Assembly (NCBI GenBank): GCA_965219455.1
Contig: OZ244744.1
Location: 5,088,001-5,152,000, forward strand
Length of the DNA: 64,000 nucleotides
Direction of reading: 5' to 3'
Source of the DNA: Candidatus Latescibacterota bacterium
Lineage (GTDB): Bacteria > Latescibacterota > UBA2968 > GCA-2709665
The notes beneath the pieces were generated by a model, which did not search any database, was not told the DNA's origin, and saw nothing but the letters and a program-made list of their open reading frames with translations. The position numbers were made by a program, and so were the translations under genes. This document shows positions 48,996 to 58,143 of this stretch, piece after piece; the first letter of the stretch is position 1; each line of letters opens with the position of its first letter.

Positions 48996-49128
48996 TAGCA
49001 GCCCGATGAAAAAGCCCATCCGGACTGCGGGCGGCTCTTGTGGCCGAATTACTGCGTTGCGCTCCCTCCCCGAATCCCCCGATTCGGCTCGGTCTCGCCT
49101 GCAGAGCAACTTTTTCAACGGACTGTTA
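48996..49128. mobile_element. MITE-like element family A, long copy between leuD and leuB
   Basis: TIRs tagcagcccgatgaaaaag / ctttttcaacggactgtta. One end coincides with the leuD TAA. Internal GCGTT..hairpin..CGCCTG core. Confidence 0.7.
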
Positions 49129-49722
49129 GAATCCTGAGATATAGGGGAGATTCCGCGCAACGGAACGAACGCTTTCACGACCCTCCAAAAGCATTCCCGT
49201 GGCGTCCCACGCCCCTTCCAGGAGCTGAATGCGGTCTCCGTCCGGGATCCGGATGTCGACCGTCAGATCGCCGCATGCCAGGGTCTTTTCTTCCAGGTCG
49301 ACCGTGATCTCCCGTGTCGGATCGGATTCGACGGCGTCCATCAATGTCTGAATATTCCCGGTTGAGGCCGTGACGCACGGCAAACCCATTGCGGTGCAAT
49401 TGCCCTGGAATATCTCCCCAAACGACTCCCCGACGATGGCCCTGATGCCCCAACGCATAATGGCCTGAGGCGCATGTTCCCGGGAGGATCCGCATCCGAA
49501 GTTGGCATTGACCAACAGAATCGACGCCCCGCGGTACCGGGCGTCGTCGAAAGGATGGTCTACGGACTTCCGGTCGTCTTCGAAGACGAATTCCCCCAGG
49601 CCCTCGAAGGTGATGTTTCGCAGATACCTCGCGGGAATGATCCGGTCGGTATCGATGTCGTTGCCCCGGACCGGAATGCCTCGACCGGCCGCGCGGGTGA
49701 CTGTGGATGATGCACCGTTCAT
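49126..49722 (-). CDS. leuD: 3-isopropylmalate dehydratase small subunit
   Basis: DIDTDRIIP, NFGCGSSREHA. Confidence 0.97.
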   Translation of the reverse strand: MNGASSTVTRAAGRGIPVRGNDIDTDRIIPARYLRNITFEGLGEFVFEDDRKSVDHPFDDARYRGASILLVNANFGCGSSREHAPQAIMRWGIRAIVGESFGEIFQGNCTAMGLPCVTASTGNIQTLMDAVESDPTREITVDLEEKTLACGDLTVDIRIPDGDRIQLLEGAWDATGMLLEGRESVRSVARNLPYISGF

Positions 49723-49734
49723 CGGGTGATCCTT

Positions 49735-51138
49735 TCACGTCAACATGGTACGGACGTCTGTTACTTCACCGGAAACGGCCGCGGCGGCGACCATCGCCGG
49801 ACTCATCAGCAGGGTGCGGCCGGTGGGGCTGCCCTGCCGGCCCTTGAAATTCCGGTTGCTGGAGGAGGCGCACACCTGGCGGTGCTGCAGCTTGTCCGGG
49901 TTCATAGCCAGACACATGGAACAACCTGCCTCCCTCCATTCAAACCCGGCTTCGAGGAAAATCTCATGCAGGCCCTCGACTTCCGCATTCCTGCGCACGG
50001 CTGCCGAGCCGGGTACCACGAGGGCCTTGACATTGCCAGACACTCTGTTTCCCTTTGCGACATCGGCGGCTTCTCGAAGGTCGGAAATCCGGCCATTGGT
50101 GCAGGAACCGATGAACGCGACGTCGATGGGAGTACCCGCAATCGGGCTTCCGGCGTCGAAATCCATATACTTGTAGGCTTCGGCGGCGACATCTCGTTCT
50201 TCTTCACGAAGATCCCGCAGGGTGGGGATTTTTTCGGACACGTAAACGCCCTGGCCCGGCGTAATGCCCCATGTGACGGTGGGCTCGAGCGCCGCCCCGT
50301 CCAACTCGAAGACGTCGTCGTAGTGAGCGTCGGCATCAGAGGCCAGGGACTCCCACCAGTCTACCGCCCGGTCGAACGCGGCATTGGAAGGCGAATATGC
50401 CCGCCCCTTGAGATAGTCGAATGTGGTCCGGTCCGGGTTGACGTATCCCGCGCGCGCCCCGCCCTCGATGGACATGTTGCAGATGGACATGCGTTCTTCC
50501 ATGCCAAACCCGTTGATAACCGGCCCGGCGTATTCATAAGCGTAACCGACGCCGCCATTTACGCCGAGGCGGCGGATGATGTTGAGTATCACGTCTTTAG
50601 CGTAAACGCCCTTGGAGAGGCTGCCGGTCACTTCGATGCGTCTGACCTTGAGCGGGTGCATCGCCAGGCACTGCGAGGCGAGAACGTCGCGTACCTGAGA
50701 GGTCCCGATGCCGAAGGCAATGGCGCCAAACGCCCCGTGCGTCGACGTGTGGCTGTCGCCGCAGGCGATGGTCATGCCAGGCTGCGTAAGCCCGAGTTCC
50801 GGACCGATGATATGGACGATGCCCTGACGGTCATCGTGGAGGTTGAAGAGCGGTATATCAAACTCCTGCGTGTTTTCCTCGATCGCTCCGAGCATCTCTT
50901 CAGCCATGGAATCCATCAGCGGACGGGTGCGGATATCGGTGGGAACAATATGGTCAACCGTGGCATACGTGCGATCGGGGTAGGCCACTTTGAGGCCGCG
51001 TTCACGCATCATCTGAAACGCCTGGGGGCTGGTTACTTCGTGAATCAGGTGCAGGCCAATAAATAGTTGGGTCTGGCCCGATGGAAGCTCGCGAACGGCG
51101 TGTGCATCCCACACCTTGCAAAACAGACTCTTGCCCAT
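49735..51138 (-). CDS. leuC: 3-isopropylmalate dehydratase large subunit
   Basis: [30 protein letters not shown]. Confidence 0.98.
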   Translation of the reverse strand: MGKSLFCKVWDAHAVRELPSGQTQLFIGLHLIHEVTSPQAFQMMRERGLKVAYPDRTYATVDHIVPTDIRTRPLMDSMAEEMLGAIEENTQEFDIPLFNLHDDRQGIVHIIGPELGLTQPGMTIACGDSHTSTHGAFGAIAFGIGTSQVRDVLASQCLAMHPLKVRRIEVTGSLSKGVYAKDVILNIIRRLGVNGGVGYAYEYAGPVINGFGMEERMSICNMSIEGGARAGYVNPDRTTFDYLKGRAYSPSNAAFDRAVDWWESLASDADAHYDDVFELDGAALEPTVTWGITPGQGVYVSEKIPTLRDLREEERDVAAEAYKYMDFDAGSPIAGTPIDVAFIGSCTNGRISDLREAADVAKGNRVSGNVKALVVPGSAAVRRNAEVEGLHEIFLEAGFEWREAGCSMCLAMNPDKLQHRQVCASSSNRNFKGRQGSPTGRTLLMSPAMVAAAAVSGEVTDVRTMLT

Positions 51139-51209
51139 GGGTGGTGTCAACCTCCGGAAAATGCCGTTTGACGACGGGATTCGGCATCGGGTCGCTTAGA
51201 ACCCCGTGC

Positions 51210-52754
51210 CTATACGGCCTCTGTTCGATGCCGGCGGACACCCGCGCGAACGGCCAAATGGTTCAGGGCATCGATGTAAGCTTTCGCGCTGGCCTGAATG
51301 ATGTCCGTCGACGCGCCCCTACCCGTGGCGCCGTCTCCTTGCTGGCTGACCTTTACGGTCACTTCCCCCATCGCCTCGGCGCCGTGGGTGACGGAACGGA
51401 TGTGGTATTCGTCGACCTGGACGACAGTCGACGTGGCCTGCGCGATGGCTTTGTAGGTGGCATCGACCGGACCGTCGCCCCAGGCGGACTCCTGGATTTC
51501 TTTTTCGCCCTCAATGCAAATCCGCACGGTGGCGGAGGGGATGGTGCCGGTGCCGCTGGTGGTGTGCATGTACAGGAGTTGGTATTTCTCGGGAATATCC
51601 CGGATCTCGTCATCCACAATGGCCATCAGGTCCTCGTCGTACACCTCTTTTTTCTTGTCGGCCACTTTCAGGAATCGCTTGTACGCCTTGTTCAGGTCGT
51701 TCTGTTCAAGGTGGTATCCCAGTTCTTCCAGGCGGTGCCGGAGGGCGTGTCGTCCCGATCTTGCGGTGAGCACGATGCTCGTGGCTTCGAGGCCCACGTC
51801 TTTCGGGTCGATGATTTCAAAGTTCGCCCGGTTTTTCAAGACGCCGTCCTGGTGTATGCCGGAACTGTGCGCAAAGGCGTTTGCGCCCACAATAGCCTTA
51901 TTGGGGGCGACGGGTATACCCATCAGGCGGCTCACGAGCCGGCTCGTGGGACAGATTTCCTTTGAGTCTATATTTGTATATAGCCGGTAATAATCACCCC
52001 GGGTGCGGATTGCCATCACAATTTCCTCGAGCGAGGCATTGCCGGCGCGTTCGCCGAGGCCGTTAACGGTACATTCCGCCTGCCGCGCCCCGTTCAGGAT
52101 GGCTGTGAGGCTGTTGATGACCGCCATGCCGAGGTCGTCGTGACAGTGTACGCTGATCACGGCCTGATCTATATTGGATACATTCTCACGGATTTTGCGG
52201 ATGAGGCCGCCGAACTGTTCGGGCACCGCATAACCCACGGTATCGGGAATATTCACCGTGGAGGCACCGGCTTCAATGGTGGCCTCTATAACTGCATATA
52301 GGTAACCCGGTTCGGTACGGGCGGCGTCCATGGGCGAGAATTCCACGTCGTCGACATACGCCCTGGCCCTTTTAACGGCTTTCACGGCCATGCCGAGCAC
52401 TTCGTCGGCGGATTTTCCGACCATGGTGATATGGTTCGGCGACGTGCCGATGAAGGTGTGGATTCTGGGTTTGGCTGCACCCCTGAGCGCTTCGCCGGCC
52501 CGGTCGATATCCTTCATCACGGCCCTGGAGAGGCCGCACACGGTTGGACCTTCGACTTCCTGTCCGATTCGCCGTACCGCTTCAAAGTCCTCGTCCGAGG
52601 AGATCGGGAAGCCGGCTTCAATGACGTCTACGTTCAGCCTGCCGAGTTGGTGCGCGATTTCGATTTTCTCGCGTACCGAAAGTTTCGCGCCGGGTGTCTG
52701 TTCGGCGTCGCGCAATGTGGTGTCGAAAATGACGACGCGGTCTCGATTATCCAT
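51210..52754 (-). CDS. leuA: 2-isopropylmalate synthase
   Basis: FDTTLRD, HCHDDLG, GERAGN, HSSGIHQDG. Confidence 0.97.
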   Translation of the reverse strand: MDNRDRVVIFDTTLRDAEQTPGAKLSVREKIEIAHQLGRLNVDVIEAGFPISSDEDFEAVRRIGQEVEGPTVCGLSRAVMKDIDRAGEALRGAAKPRIHTFIGTSPNHITMVGKSADEVLGMAVKAVKRARAYVDDVEFSPMDAARTEPGYLYAVIEATIEAGASTVNIPDTVGYAVPEQFGGLIRKIRENVSNIDQAVISVHCHDDLGMAVINSLTAILNGARQAECTVNGLGERAGNASLEEIVMAIRTRGDYYRLYTNIDSKEICPTSRLVSRLMGIPVAPNKAIVGANAFAHSSGIHQDGVLKNRANFEIIDPKDVGLEATSIVLTARSGRHALRHRLEELGYHLEQNDLNKAYKRFLKVADKKKEVYDEDLMAIVDDEIRDIPEKYQLLYMHTTSGTGTIPSATVRICIEGEKEIQESAWGDGPVDATYKAIAQATSTVVQVDEYHIRSVTHGAEAMGEVTVKVSQQGDGATGRGASTDIIQASAKAYIDALNHLAVRAGVRRHRTEAV

Positions 52755-52901
52755 GGGGTGCTATCGCCTCCTTCGTCCTAAGCAGGCTTCTGGTAACCGC
52801 GGGTGCCAGGCGTGGCCCGGGTTTGTCCGAATCGAGATGAGAGGGGAATCCGTTCCGGCGTAACCTCGGTTGAAGTTTGGCCGGTTGGCGGGTCGCCATG
52901 C

Positions 52902-52997
52902 TAGTGTTTTGTCCCTGAAATAGATTGCCTGAATTCTACTGCCGAGACGGGATGAACCGGCAGTAGAATGGTGACATATTTCTGAGACGAGACACTA
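52902..52997. mobile_element. MITE-like element family B, short copy downstream of ilvN
   Basis: Ends tagtgttttgtccctgaaatagattgcctgaattc / gggatgaaccggcagtagaatggtgacatatttctgagacgagacacta match 7508-7674. Perfect 12-bp internal inverted repeat at 52933-52969. One end coincides with the ilvN TAG. Confidence 0.75.
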
Positions 52998-53507
52998 ATT
53001 CCCATCCTCGGCATCTCTCTTCATTTGGGAGTCGCGCAGAAGCGCGACCGTGCCGGTCCTGGCGATTTCGTTGATCCCGTAGTCCCGCAGCATGTTGATC
53101 ATGGCTGCGATTTTATCCTCTTTTCCGGTGACTTCGATGGTCATGGAGGTGGTACTGACATCCACGACGCCGGCCCGGAATATTTCCGCAATCTGGATGA
53201 TCTCGGAACGCGTGTCGGTTCGGGTCTTCACGTTAATGAGCGCCAGTTCGCGTTCGACGAATTCTCCCTGGGTGATGTCTATGACCCGGATGACGTCCAC
53301 AAGTCGGTTGAGTTGTTTGACCACCTGCTCCAGCACGCGGTCGTCGCCCCGCACGACAATGGTCATGCGGGAAATGGTGGCATCTTCGGTTTCCCCGACC
53401 GAGAGACTGTCGATGTTGAACCCTCGGCTGGAAAAGAGGCCGGATATGCGACATAGAACACCGAAGTGGTTTTCGACCATCGCGGAAATGGTGTGTCTTA
53501 TTGGCAT
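52995..53507 (-). CDS. ilvN: Acetolactate synthase small (regulatory) subunit
   Basis: RHTIS..VEN..GVL.RISGLFSSRGFNIDSL, ERELAL, EIARTG. Confidence 0.97.
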   Translation of the reverse strand: MPIRHTISAMVENHFGVLCRISGLFSSRGFNIDSLSVGETEDATISRMTIVVRGDDRVLEQVVKQLNRLVDVIRVIDITQGEFVERELALINVKTRTDTRSEIIQIAEIFRAGVVDVSTTSMTIEVTGKEDKIAAMINMLRDYGINEIARTGTVALLRDSQMKRDAEDGN

Positions 53508-53515
53508 TGTTCGTT

Positions 53516-53793
53516 CCTCTTGGCAGAGTTATGGCACGGCAAGAACCTATCGATTGCCCGAGAGGCTCATTCCGGGATCGGCGTTTTTTTATTTTTCAGG
53601 GGATTCGACGTGGAAGAGAGCCTCTTTTGTGCGTTCAATTGTCCAGAAGGATGGCGGACAATAAGAGGCTTGAGGATGCGGGGAGGATAAAAATACCCGT
53701 ACGTGCGACTGTGGCCGCCATGGAAGGGTGCGGGACCGGGAAGGGGCTGGCACCGGAGGACGCCGGCGCATAGGGTGAAGCATAAGGATTCAT
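53516..53793 (-). promoter_or_regulatory. Putative branched-chain amino acid attenuator with leader peptide (ORF 53635-53793, or from 53721)
   Basis: The leader ends GIFILPASSSLLLSAILLDN. Four mutually complementary segments are present, and the last overlaps the ilvN RBS. Confidence 0.65.
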
Positions 53794-53841
53794 CGTCGCA
53801 CTCTCCGGTAAGGATCCGATCATCCTGATCTTAAAGTACGA

Positions 53842-53870
53842 AAAATACAGGATTTGTAATATCGTGTCAA
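53842..53870 (-). promoter_or_regulatory. Sigma70-type promoter of the ilvN-leu operon
   Basis: TTGACA-N17-TATTTT on the minus strand. Confidence 0.65.
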
Positions 53871-53997
53871 GGAAAATCAAGCGATGTCACTAATTCGTCG
53901 TCGCGCTGGCGGATCAGCGGGTTGCGGCGGCAGCGAGCACGGCATCCCCGCGTGCAGGACAGAGGAGGGGGCAAGTGAGTTTTTTTTACACTGGGGC

Positions 53998-54027
53998 TTG
54001 ACAGGATCCACTTTTTTTTATTAATTT
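53998..54027 (+). promoter_or_regulatory. Divergent sigma70-type promoter of the ABC operon
   Basis: TTGACA-N18-TAATTT. Confidence 0.45.
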
Positions 54028-54089
54028 TCTGGTCGAATTTAAATGCGCCAAGTGTTTTCCTGGCACCAGGGGTTGAAGGAGGACCGTGC

Positions 54090-55034
54090 ATGATCCGTGT
54101 GGAAAATCTTGTCAAGGATTACGGTGACGTCCGGGCCGTTCGGGATATCAGTTTCCAGGTTAACGATGGAGAGATTCTGGGATTTCTGGGCGAGAACGGG
54201 GCTGGTAAGTCAACCACGCTGAAGGTGATGACGGGGTATCTATCGGCAACCGCCGGCAACGTGTTCGTGGACGACATGAACATTGTGGACGATTCCCTGG
54301 AGATCCGCAAGCGGGTGGGGTACCTGCCCGAATTGAATCCGCTCTACGGTGAAATGATCGTTTACGACCTGTTTTCGTTTATTGCGACGATCAGACGCAT
54401 GGAAGGGCGGGCGTTCCGTCAGGCGTTGGAGCGGGTTGTCGAGCAGTGCGGGCTTGCCGGCGTGGTTCACAGGGCGGTGCAGGAGTGTTCCAAGGGGTAT
54501 AAACAGCGGATCGGCCTGGCAACGGCCATGCTGCACGATCCGGATATCCTGATTCTGGACGAACCGGTGACGGGGCTGGATCCCAACCAGATTGTGGAGA
54601 TCCGCGAGTTGATCCGGTCTCTCGGGCGTGAGAAGACACTGATCATGTCAAGCCACATCCTGCAGGAAATTGAAGCGACGGTGGACCGAATCATCATCAT
54701 TCACAATGGACAGATTGTGGCGGACGGCCTGCGGGAGGAGCTGATGTCCAGCTTCCGGGGACAGACGCAGTTGACGCTGGAGGTCAAACGGGCCGAAGAC
54801 GAGAGCGTGCAGGGGCTGCCCGAACAGTTGCAGGGGGTCGCGCTTTCCGGCATGGCCGAGAACAATGGGTCCCGAACGCTCTTACTGGAATACGACCGCG
54901 ACACGGATCCCCGGGAGCGCATTTTTCAATATGCCAGGGACCAGGGATGGGTGATTCTGGAAATGAGCCAGGCTCGGGTTCAGCTGGAGGACGTATTCAG
55001 GAATCTCACCGGGGAGGGGACGTCCGATGCGTAA
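54090..55034 (+). CDS. ABC transporter ATP-binding protein (GldA-like)
   Basis: GENGAGKST, SKGYKQR, ILDEP..GLDPNQI, SSHIL. Confidence 0.95.
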   Translation: MIRVENLVKDYGDVRAVRDISFQVNDGEILGFLGENGAGKSTTLKVMTGYLSATAGNVFVDDMNIVDDSLEIRKRVGYLPELNPLYGEMIVYDLFSFIATIRRMEGRAFRQALERVVEQCGLAGVVHRAVQECSKGYKQRIGLATAMLHDPDILILDEPVTGLDPNQIVEIRELIRSLGREKTLIMSSHILQEIEATVDRIIIIHNGQIVADGLREELMSSFRGQTQLTLEVKRAEDESVQGLPEQLQGVALSGMAENNGSRTLLLEYDRDTDPRERIFQYARDQGWVILEMSQARVQLEDVFRNLTGEGTSDA

Positions 55035-55740
55035 TGTGAAGGCGATCTATCTGAAAGAACTGCGTTCCTATTTCAATAGCCCTATGGCCTACATTTTTCT
55101 GGTGATTTTCGCGGTCTTGAGCGGATACTTTTTCACGAGTACATTCTTCCTTATCGGACAGTCCGATATGCGCGCCCTGTTTAACATCGTACCGCTGGTC
55201 TACCTGTTTTTCGTGCCGGCCATTTCCATGGGACTGATCGCGAAGGAGAAGAACCTGGGAACCATGGAAGTGTTGTCTACCATGCCCATCCGGGACGTCG
55301 AATTCGTCGCGGGCAAATACCTGGCGGCGGTAAGCCTGATCGTGGTGGGGCTGCTCTTTACGTTCGTGCATTTTCTCACGCTCCTGGCCGTGGGCACTCA
55401 CGTGGATATCGGCGCGGTGATAACGGGATACGTGGGCCTCGTCCTCGTGGGCGCATTTTACGCGGCCGTGGGTACGTTTGCCAGCAGCCTGACGGAAAAC
55501 CAGGTGGTTTCATTGATTGTCGCGATCGCAATTGTCATGGTGTTTTTCCTGCTGGACAAGCTGCTGCTCTTCATACCCGCGGGGCTGTCGGCAATTGCGC
55601 AATATATCAGTGTGGACTACCACCTGTCGAATATTGCACGGGGCGTCGTGGATTCCAGGAATCTTATCTATTTCGCGGGGATGATCTGGTTGTTTCTGGC
55701 GCTCACCCTGCGGGTTCTGGAGATGAGAAAGTGGAGGTAG
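55027..55740 (+). CDS. ABC-2 type permease (GldF-like)
   Basis: KELRSYFNSPMAY, EKNLGTME, SSLTENQ; 6 TM. Confidence 0.92.
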   Translation: MRNVKAIYLKELRSYFNSPMAYIFLVIFAVLSGYFFTSTFFLIGQSDMRALFNIVPLVYLFFVPAISMGLIAKEKNLGTMEVLSTMPIRDVEFVAGKYLAAVSLIVVGLLFTFVHFLTLLAVGTHVDIGAVITGYVGLVLVGAFYAAVGTFASSLTENQVVSLIVAIAIVMVFFLLDKLLLFIPAGLSAIAQYISVDYHLSNIARGVVDSRNLIYFAGMIWLFLALTLRVLEMRKWR

Positions 55741-55743
55741 TCG

Positions 55744-57246
55744 ATGTTTGCGGTTCACAATAAACGGTCGTTCATCATCTATCTGCTATTGGCGGTCGTC
55801 ATCGTCGCGGCCCTGAATTTCGTGTCCAGAGAGTTGTTTTTTCGGTTGGATCTGACTGCGAACGGAATCTATTCGCTTTCCGGGTCCAGCAAACGGGTGG
55901 TGGACCAGGTAGAAGATTTATTGACGATGAAGGTCTATTTTACGGACAATTTGCCGGGTCAGTACGGCAACAACCGGCGCTACCTGCAGGATATACTCGA
56001 AGAATACGAAGCGTTCGGCGGGGGTCGCGTGCGGTTTGAGTTTTTCCGGCCCGAAGACGATCAGACGCTGCCGGACGAAGCGCGGAAATACGGAATTCAC
56101 CCGGTGCAGCTCCAGGTGGTTGAAAACGACAAGCTGGAAGTGAAGCGGGTCTACATGGGGATGGTGTTTCTTTACGGGGACGGTCGGGAAGTGATTCCGG
56201 TGATTGAGAGCACAACCGGCCTCGAGTACGAAATCACCACACAGATCAAGAAGCTGCTGGATACGGATAAACAGGCAGTCGCTTTCGCGATCATCGGCGC
56301 ACAGCCGCCCCGTGTCCGGAACATTTCAGCAGTGCTCCAGCAGTCGTACCTCGTTCGAAACATCAGGCTGGCTTCCCCGGTGCCCGACGACATCGGCCTG
56401 TTGATAATCAGCGGGGTGACGGATTCGTTAAGCGAGGATGAACTCGGAAACCTGGAGGCGTTTGCGAATCGGGGAGGCAATCTGTTTATCGGACAGGGGC
56501 GGGTCGCCGGCGACTTGAGCGGTCAGCGCGGCACGCCGGTAACGTCAAATCTATTCGACTTTCTGGAAACATCGGGCTTGCAGGTGAAGGAAAATCTGGT
56601 GCTGGATCAGCGATGCAGCGCGATCACGATAAGCCAGCGCCACGGATTTCTACAAATGAGTTCACAGATACAGTATCCGTTTTTCCCCGTGATACAACGC
56701 TTCGGCAAGCACCTGACGGTGGACGGACTCGAGCAGGTGCGCCTGCTTTTCAGCAGCGAGATTTCGCTGGCCGATTCGGTTGCGGGTGCTGCGCAGACAA
56801 AGCCATTGATGTATACGTCTGACAGGTCCGGGGTCATGACCGGATTCTTCAATCTACGGCCAATGGAGAATCCGTTCTTCAACACGTTGAATCAATCGGG
56901 GAAGGTCGTGGGCGCGCTGGCGCGGCGGGAAGGCGCGCAGGGAATGAGCCAGGTGGTTCTGGTGGGCGATTCCGGGTTGTTCGATGACGAATCCGGAGGC
57001 GGTTTTCAGGAGAATTTCGTCTTTGTTGCCAATGTCGTCGATTTCCTGATGGGCGATAGCGATCTGGTGGCGCTCCGCTCCAGGGAGATTACAACGCGGC
57101 CTCTGATGGAAGTCGACGACGCGGCGAAGGCGCGTTGGAAGTGGTTGAATGTATTGCTGCCGCCGGTTCTGATCATTGCGTACGGTTTGCTGAGATGGCG
57201 GCGGGAAGCCGGGCGTGCAAGGATGTTGGAGGAGCAATATGGCTAA
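55744..57246 (+). CDS. GldG-like ABC auxiliary component
   Basis: RLDLT...YSLS, LEYEIT, VLVGDS, N..FVANVVD; N- and C-terminal TMs. Confidence 0.9.
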   Translation: MFAVHNKRSFIIYLLLAVVIVAALNFVSRELFFRLDLTANGIYSLSGSSKRVVDQVEDLLTMKVYFTDNLPGQYGNNRRYLQDILEEYEAFGGGRVRFEFFRPEDDQTLPDEARKYGIHPVQLQVVENDKLEVKRVYMGMVFLYGDGREVIPVIESTTGLEYEITTQIKKLLDTDKQAVAFAIIGAQPPRVRNISAVLQQSYLVRNIRLASPVPDDIGLLIISGVTDSLSEDELGNLEAFANRGGNLFIGQGRVAGDLSGQRGTPVTSNLFDFLETSGLQVKENLVLDQRCSAITISQRHGFLQMSSQIQYPFFPVIQRFGKHLTVDGLEQVRLLFSSEISLADSVAGAAQTKPLMYTSDRSGVMTGFFNLRPMENPFFNTLNQSGKVVGALARREGAQGMSQVVLVGDSGLFDDESGGGFQENFVFVANVVDFLMGDSDLVALRSREITTRPLMEVDDAAKARWKWLNVLLPPVLIIAYGLLRWRREAGRARMLEEQYG

Positions 57247-57925
57247 ACGGGCGCGAGTATGGCTGATTGTGATTCTGGCGCTGGCCGCCGGCGTCGCTTA
57301 CGTTCAATTCTCGAAAACAGGATATACGATTGCGGGTACGCCGATTTTTGAAGGAAGCCGTGAAGATGTTCAGCAGGTCGTGATCGAACGCGGGGGGGAA
57401 CGCGTTGAATTGCGCCTCGACGGTGAGGTGTGGCGACTCGTGGGCCACGATTCCCTTGAGGTTCGAGAGGCGCCGATTGACAATTTACTCGACAAGGTAT
57501 TGGCGGTCCGGAGTACAACCCTGATGACAAGGCGCGCCGATCGTTGGGACGTGTATTCGGTTGACGATTCAACCGGCATTCGGTTGTCCGTCAGGAACGC
57601 GGGGGGCGCGGAACTGGCCGCGTTTGTATTTGGCCAGTCCAGGCGGGATTGGAGCAAGAATTACGTGCGTCTGGCGTCCGAAGACGCGGTATATCTGACC
57701 GACAACAACATCACCTACTATCTGAATGCCACGCCAGACTTCTGGGGTCGGAAGCCGGAACCGGCGGCAGCGGACAGTACGGGACCGGACATCGATGTGG
57801 GTGCGGCTGCCCCGTCCGTCATACCTCCCGCGGCGCCGGTTCTGATCGATGCGAAGCGAGATACGTCGGGCCCGCTGAAGCTGGATCTGGACGTCGCGGC
57901 GGACACCGCAAGAACGAAAGAGTAA
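57239..57925 (+). CDS. DUF4340-like domain protein
   Basis: N-terminal TM, NYVRLASEDAVY, and the usual position after GldG. Confidence 0.75.
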   Translation: MAKRARVWLIVILALAAGVAYVQFSKTGYTIAGTPIFEGSREDVQQVVIERGGERVELRLDGEVWRLVGHDSLEVREAPIDNLLDKVLAVRSTTLMTRRADRWDVYSVDDSTGIRLSVRNAGGAELAAFVFGQSRRDWSKNYVRLASEDAVYLTDNNITYYLNATPDFWGRKPEPAAADSTGPDIDVGAAAPSVIPPAAPVLIDAKRDTSGPLKLDLDVAADTARTKE

Positions 57926-58143
57926 ACGCACAGGCGTCTGATCCGCTTCCTTCCGCCGTGCTGCCCGAGGGGATTTCATTACGTTTTGGCGCGGGAATTC
58001 GATTCTCGCGCTTTTTTTCGTGTCCAGAATCCGGTTGCGTTGGCCCCCCAGGATATTATCTTTCGAGTTGAAGGCGCCCGGAGGCACGACCCAACAACGG
58101 AGGCCGGCCTACCTATTTGTGCCCGGATGCCATCGGAGGGACG

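Noticed and set aside
52933-52969. Perfect hairpin as an intrinsic terminator after ilvN
   Set aside because: No adjacent U-tract, and it is part of the family B repeat element.
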